A stretch of DNA of 64,000 nt from the NCBI RefSeq assembly GCF_009914755.1, contig NC_060929.1. One strand, written 5' to 3'. The notes below the pieces were generated by a model that saw nothing but the letters and a program-made list of their open reading frames with translations, was not told the DNA's origin and ran no database searches. This DNA is from the human T2T-CHM13v2.0 reference genome, Homo sapiens. This document shows positions 57,339-64,000 of the stretch, in pieces. A program made the position numbers and the translations under genes. Numbering within the stretch: position 1 is the stretch's first letter; every line of letters begins with the position of its first letter.

Positions 57339-57393
57339 CTGTTCCCCATCACTGTCTTCACTGCTGCTTAGTTTTAAGTCATCTTTTAACATA
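57339..57393 (-). CDS. AFF4: AFF4 coding exon (55 nt)
   Basis: ctctag|T; (S)MLKDDLKLSSSEDSDGEQ (AFF-family motif); CAG|gtgtgt. Confidence 0.92.
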
Positions 57394-59574
57394 CTAGAGG
57401 GAAAAGACAAAGAATTATTATTTTTGGAACAGTTTACATGGTATGCCAGAGTACTAAATATCTACTAAAAATTCTAGAAATAATCACTGTGGTAGCCAAA
57501 AATTTAACCAAAAAACAAAACACCAGTAAGTCTTATTCTATCTGGTTTGGTTCAAAATCTCAAAATTGAGAATGGAGGAATTTAACCATTCCTAAGCTCT
57601 ATCCTTCCCATGAATAAAATATTCACCTTTTCTAATTAAACAAAAGCTACTTTCTATAAACTCTCATAATTCAGTTCTGTAATCTCTAACTTTTCCCCTA
57701 GTTGCACACACACATTCATTATTAAAAATTAACAAAGTCATACCCAACAATCCACTAGAGAGATATAATTCCTAAAAAGAAGGAAGATAAAATGAAAGCA
57801 TCAAGCAATTCTTCCTTTGTCCCCCATGTTCCATAAAGAGAGGTTAGTATAACTGTTGACAACTGGGTAACTGTGAAAACCAGAATGGTTTCCTAAGCCA
57901 AAGTTCTAGTTCATAAATGCCTTGCTATGAAACAAAGTGCCCTCTGTAGAAATAAATATTTTGGGTAAAAGTCCTGGCTATATAGCAGAAATGGCTATGT
58001 ATATATTTTTAAAACTTTGAAGTTCTGGCTGGGTGCGGTGGCTCATGCCTGTAATCCCACTACTTTGGGAGGCTGAGGTTGGCGGATCACCTGAAGTCAT
58101 GAGTTCGAGACCAGCCAGGCCAACAGGGTGAAACCCTGTCTCTACTAAAAATACAAAAATTAGCCTGGCGTGGTGGTGGGCACCTGTAATCCTAGCTACC
58201 CAGGAGGATGAGGTAGGAGGAGAATTGCTTGAACCCGGGAGCTGGAGGTTGCAGTGAGCCGACATCCCATCACTGCACTCCAGCCTAGGCGACAGAGCGA
58301 GACTCTGTCTCAAAAAAACAAAACAAAACAAAAAAAACTCCCAAGTTCCAAAATCTCCGTTGATCAAACTTCAAATCAATTAAAACACATACACACAAAT
58401 ACTATAAGCTGACAGTTTCTGGAATTTGTTTTTGAAAGCAAAATTAAAGATGTAAATTTTCTTTTAAGGCCATAAAATCAAAACCATTAAACTTAAAATT
58501 TTCTATGTAACAGTCCACAAAACATTCCTTGTCTTTTTACATGGGAGGAAAAATTAATACAAAGCTTAGGGAGAACTACAACTAGGAAAATGTCTAATTT
58601 CTCATTATCAGTAATTCCATTACCTTTCTTAAAATTTCATTACAATCTCCAATCAGTGAGAAGGAAATCTTCTTTCACTCTATTAACTACTTGTACTTTT
58701 CCTCCTCAAAGTTTAACCAACATTTCTATATCTGACCCTAAGTTCAAAATATTACATATTAAACACCACCTTGAAATAAAGTAACCAGATGATTTTTAAG
58801 ACTGGCCCAATTAAACAGAACAGGGAAAAAAGAGTTTTCTTTCAGACAGGGGCTTAGTGCATCTATCTCTACGACTGATTTTCCTCTAAGGAAATGTACT
58901 TAGTCTGAATTCTCTCGGCCTTTATGATTTAACAATGGCAGCTCAATGAACTTGTTTACACATGTGAATATGTCAAAGCTTTTACCAGACTGCTCAGGGC
59001 CCTGCACGCTTTTGTTCCCTCACAATCAAAGTGATAGGTATATATATGGTAAGACCACATCCGTTCTTTACATATAAATAAGTATGATGAATAGGAGTAT
59101 AATTTGAATTTTTCAGCAGTGAAGGGGGTACTTCTTGTGTTCATGTATTTTCATTCTTAGTTCTTATATTCAGCTGAAGTGCTACCAGGCTAGGGTCATC
59201 ACAGTATAGTCTGTGACTATGGCATAGAAAGCTGGCACTGTAGTCACTGCTTCTTTAGAACTTTGCTTTAATCACTGAGTTAACTTGTGGTCTCAGGAGT
59301 TCAGGAGTTCATTCTTTAAGTTGGAATTTATTTTCATCCAATACATTACCCTGTTACATTTTTATATATATTCCTGCTTCTACCAACAAAATAAAAATAA
59401 GAAAACTTAAAGACAGTACAAACTATGTATGTTACTTAATCTAGTGGTTAAATGAAGGGCTTGGCCTAAAGAAGAATCCTGTCTTTATTTTATGACTTAT
59501 TAAATATAAATTAGGAATATACACACAAAAACATACACATACAACTCTCAGATGAGAAAAAACCATGATCTCAG

Positions 59575-59778
59575 AGCAAAGGTGGGCAAACTGTGGCCCA
59601 CAAGCCAAATCCAACCTACCACATTGTTTTAAAGAGTGTGGCTGGAATACTGCCACACTTAGGGTCTACAGCTGCTTTCATACTACAGATGGCAGAGCTG
59701 AGCAGTCAAAACACAGACTATGTGGCTCTGAAAGCCTAAATATTTCACTATCTGACCCTTTACATAAAAATTTGCATG
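59575..59778 (+). mobile_element. MER58A-like hAT MITE
   Basis: ggcaaactgtggcccacaagccaaatcc...aagcctaaatatttcactatctgaccctttacataaaaatttgc. Confidence 0.7.
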
Positions 59779-60193
59779 CTCATGCCTTAAATATTTCTTT
59801 TATTTTTTAATTTTTCTGAGATCAAGTCTCGCTCTGTGGCCCAGGCTGGAGTGAAGTGGCACGATCTCGGCTCCCTACAACCTCCACCTCCCAGGTTCAA
59901 GTAATTCTCCTGCCTCAGCCTTCCAAGTAGCTGGGATTACAGGCGCTCGCCACCACGCCTGGCTAATTTTTTTATTTTTAGTAGAGAAGGGGTTTCACCA
60001 CGTTGGCCAGGCTGGTCTCGAACTCCTGACCTCACGTGATCTGCCTGCCTTGGCCTCCCAAAGTGCTAGGATTACAGGTGTCAGCCACCCTGCCCAGCCT
60101 CAATATTTCTAAATACTGTTCAAAATACCTAGATATTACAGGTAACTTTTAGCAAAAATGATAAATATTAAACTCATTAAGCAATAAACTTAC

Positions 60194-60239
60194 GATTTAG
60201 ACTGGTGCCCATTTGAAGTTTTAGAAGGATTATATCTTT
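60194..60239 (-). CDS. AFF4: AFF4 coding exon (46 nt)
   Basis: ttccag|AA; (K)RYNPSKTSNGHQSK(S); TC|gtaagt. Confidence 0.88.
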
Positions 60240-62119
60240 CTGGAACAAAAAGAATGAAGTGAGCAACTAAAGGATGGCTATTTAGACTGTAAAATGTCTA
60301 TGTAAAATACCCTCAAATAAATGTAAATCAAACAATGAAATATAATTCTTCAACCACCAAACTGGTAACACCTTCAAGCCCAATAATATGAGATACTGGT
60401 GACTACAGGGGAAATAAGCATGTGCATATGTTGCTGGTAGGACTATAAACTCATACGATCTTCTTGAAGGGCAATCTGGTAATACCTTCTCAGTACTGTA
60501 ATTATATTGCTAAGTGACTTAATAATTCCAATGAAAGGAATTTACATTACAGGTATAATCTTGAGGAATACACGAACACACAAGCACACACTTGGGAATG
60601 TTTATTATAGCCTGGTTTGTAATGGCAAAAACTGGAAAAAAATGTCCATCGATAGGGGACTAGTGAAATAAATTAAGATATTTTCATATTATAACATAAT
60701 TTTAAGGTTAAACAATGAGCTAGAGCTTTATGCTGATATAGAAATAGCTCTAAAACAAAGTGAAAAACACAAATAATGAGTAGAGGCAGCTTATGATCCC
60801 ATTTGTGAACAGCTTTCAGAAAAGAGAATGAGAGAAGAGTAGAAGGATGAAGCATTCTTAAAAGATGACGACTAGGGAAAACAAGCTGAGAAAAAAAAGG
60901 AAACAAAAAGAAGAGAGAAAATGTAAATTCTCTGGCCTATAGTTAGCTATTTTCTGCATTTTAACATTTTCTGCATAATTAACAATGTCAAATCCCTTTT
61001 TCCTGTAAGCTACGGCCTTTAAGGTGGAACTAAGAAATTGATAGACAGATAAAGAAAGCATAACATCAAAAGAGGTATTCTTCTAGTTTTATCCCTGCAT
61101 TAAGATCACTGAAGATAAACTAAGGATCAAAAAGTTCCACATTTTCATTTCCAAAATACCTTATGACTAGTACAAATCTACCTTAATTAAGAAGTTACTG
61201 CTCTTGGCAAAAAGAATACCTGTTTTGTTACAGAGGTATATGGTAAAGCCCAGACATTTGCATTGGTTCCTGATCTTACCACTCTCAATCTACACAACCA
61301 CAATCTCTTGGGACCATAAGACTATCTTCCCTAGAATTCTTCTGACAGGCCAAGAGAGTAAGGGTAAAGGTGAGGGTATAGCAGGCAGCAGATTTTCTAC
61401 CCAGATCAGAAAACCAAGGAAGAAAAAACAGGGACTGTACAAATATAAGAAGAAAAGGGCCATGGTCAGCTAAATAAAATGACCCTTCTTGTGCGGAGTT
61501 TTATCATCATAGAGCCAAGTATCTTCATGAAGTAAGTTAAAAGAAAGAAGAATAACTCTTGAGTTTACGAGGTGCCCATCAAATTGTATTCATGAACTAT
61601 TAGTTCAAATGCTTAATAAAAGTAGTGTATTTTGATCTCCAATGACTTACAGTTCTTGAATTTTTTAAAGCATAACAATTTTTCAGCTCAACCCACTACT
61701 ACCCATTAGATCATAAAAATTAGGATACGAGGGCATGGTGGCTCACACCAGTAATCCCAACACTTTGGGAGGCGAGGCAGGTGGATCACTTGAGCTCAGG
61801 AGTTCGAGACCAGCCTGTGCAACATAGTGAGACCCTATCTCTACTAAAAATTTAAAAAATCAGCCAGGCATAGTGGCATGTGCCCACAGTCCCAGCTACT
61901 CAGTAGGCTGAGGCAGGAGGATCACTTGAGCCCTGGAGATCGAGGCTGCAGTGAGCTACGACCACACCACTACACTCCAGAAAAAAAAAAAAAGAAAACA
62001 AAAATGAAAAAGGATATGACATGTAAAGGTATTACTAAAGTTATATATGGTGTGACCATGAAAACTGAATGTTCAATAAATAGCTTAATTTGAAAACAAA
62101 GAGGGAAAGAAATACTCAC

Positions 62120-62156
62120 TTTGTTCTCCAGTGCCAAAATTGGACTGCTGAGACTC
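62120..62156 (-). CDS. AFF4: AFF4 coding exon (37 nt); gene continues beyond the window
   Basis: tcttag|; ESQQSNFGTGEQ(K); A|gtgagt. The 16 exons sum to 2442 nt in one open frame. Confidence 0.88.
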
Positions 62157-62716
62157 CTAAGAAAAAGGAACATAAAATTATACAAAGTTACACTAAAAAA
62201 GAAAGATTAGTGAAAAATGCTTAAATTACATAAAAACACTTCAAGTACTTGAAAAAGCACAGAAAGAATGTAATGATCCTGTCTGATCAGCCTTGGCAAT
62301 TTTGGGATCAATAATGGACTTTCCCAGAGATTAATACAAAAAGCATTAAGCCACCTAATAATCTTTATCATTCAATTCTTTCAGCAGCATCCATTGTAGT
62401 CATATCCTTATTTAGAGCCCTTTATAAAATAACTAATTTCAATTTAAAATTCTTGGTCTTAAGAAAACACTTCATTTAAAACTAAAGGTAATACCGAAGA
62501 CAGTGTACCAGGTGAAGATAGCTGTATAACCTTTATCCATTAGAAGTATACCACTTTTTTGGGAGGCCGAGGCTGGCGGATCATGAGGTCAGGAGATCAA
62601 GACCATCCTGGCCAACATGGTGAAACCCCGTCTCTACGAAAAATACAAAAATTAGTTGGGCGTGGTGGCGTGCACCTGTAGTCCCAGCTACTCGGGAGGC
62701 TGAGGCAGGAGAATCA

Positions 62717-62836
<120 letters not shown>

Positions 62837-63269
62837 CTAAAAAAATCCCATATGGATATTTCCATGTCATTTTACTCCCTCCTTCTCCCTGCTCCCAATA
62901 TTTTATATACATTAGCAACGTGAGGAAGAGATGGTCATTTACTTCCATGTAAGCCCTATAACAGCATAGTGTCCAGCACTCAGGAAGCACCAATAGAAAG
63001 AAGCCAGAATGTCACCCTTAGTGAAACATGGCTTTCCAAACTCAATTTTCATGACCAGAACAGCTGTTCCATATGTGCAAACTATGCATTTCTCAAAATT
63101 AAATCTGGATACAAGATGTAGCACTAAAATTATACAAATATTCCTAAAAGCTTACTTAAAAATAAGCATAATCTTCCTTTAGTTACAGAATTGTCTGTGA
63201 AAGAACAATCCAAATAGTTAGAAAGCTAAAATATAGTTTTGCGGTTAAAAAACATTAAAAACCTATTTC

Positions 63270-64000
63270 TACACTCAACTGATTTTCCAAGAGGATGCCA
63301 AGACCATTATATGGGAAAGAATAGTCTTTTTAACAACGGTGCTGGACAAACTGAATATCCATGGGCAAAATAAAGCTGGGCCTTTATATCACATCATATT
63401 AAAAACAAAACAAAACAAAACAAAAAACTCAAGAAGGATCAAAGACCTATAAATGTAAAAGCTAGAGCTATAAAATCTTTAGAAAAAAACACAATGCCAA
63501 ATCTAAATGACCTGGGATTTGGCAAGATAAACTTGACTTAATCAAAATTAAGAACTTCTGTGCTTCAAAGATTGTTATCAAAAAAGTGAAAAGACAACTC
63601 ACAGAATAGGAGAAAATATTTGCAAATGATGTATCTGATAAGGGGCTGGTATCCACAATATACTACAAAGAGCTCTTACAATTCAATAACAAGACAAGCC
63701 AATTAAAAAACAGGAAAAGGGCCTGAATAAACATTTACCCAAGGAAGACATATAAATGGCCAATAAGCAGATGAAAAGATTTCTCACACCTGTCATCACG
63801 GAAATACAAATCTACAATGAGATACCACTTCTCAACCACTAGGATGACTAGAATCAAAAAGACAGATGTAACAAGTGTTGACAAGTATGTGAAGAAATCA
63901 GAACCCTGGTAAGAATGCGAAATGGTACAGCTGCTTTGGAAACATTCTGGCAGTTCCTCAAATAAGTAAACACAGAGTTACCACATGACCCAGCCATTCC
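63270..64000 (+). mobile_element. Old L1M ORF2 3' fragment (runs off the window)
   Basis: gaatagtctttttaacaacggtgctgg...gagaaaatatttgcaaat...gttaccacatgacccagccattcc. Confidence 0.85.

Noticed and set aside
61280-61469. Possible 190-nt poison exon in an AFF4 intron (attttatttag| ... GTG|gtaaga on minus)
   Set aside because: Only generic splice-like motifs; no support without conservation or junction data.

Overview
Primate, almost certainly human, genomic DNA that I recognise as the 5q31.1 locus GDF9 (-) / UQCRQ (+) / LEAP2 (+) / AFF4 (-). GDF9 (2 coding exons, 454 aa), UQCRQ (2 coding exons, 82 aa) and LEAP2 (3 exons, 77 aa) are complete. AFF4 is present as its last 16 exons (813 codons plus stop) and a ~5.7 kb 3'UTR with no Alu. 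I read all coding exon boundaries by hand (GT/AG, phases consistent). The first ~18 kb is dense in Alu, L1, L2, MIR and MER repeats and holds a tailless 5S rRNA retropseudogene. The best novel lead is a chain of four phase-compatible, stop-disrupted plus-strand exon-like segments in the unique DNA at 3-8.5 kb, possibly a decayed unitary pseudogene, with a weak from-memory resemblance to FAM47E. Other leads are Alu-to-Alu gene-conversion or templated-insertion scars, an unexplained diverged direct repeat between UQCRQ and LEAP2, a transposon-derived UQCRQ poly(A) signal, and splice signals for a CpG-island-driven GDF9 isoform without a signal peptide. Repeat coordinates and family calls are approximate and made by eye. 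No searches were run.
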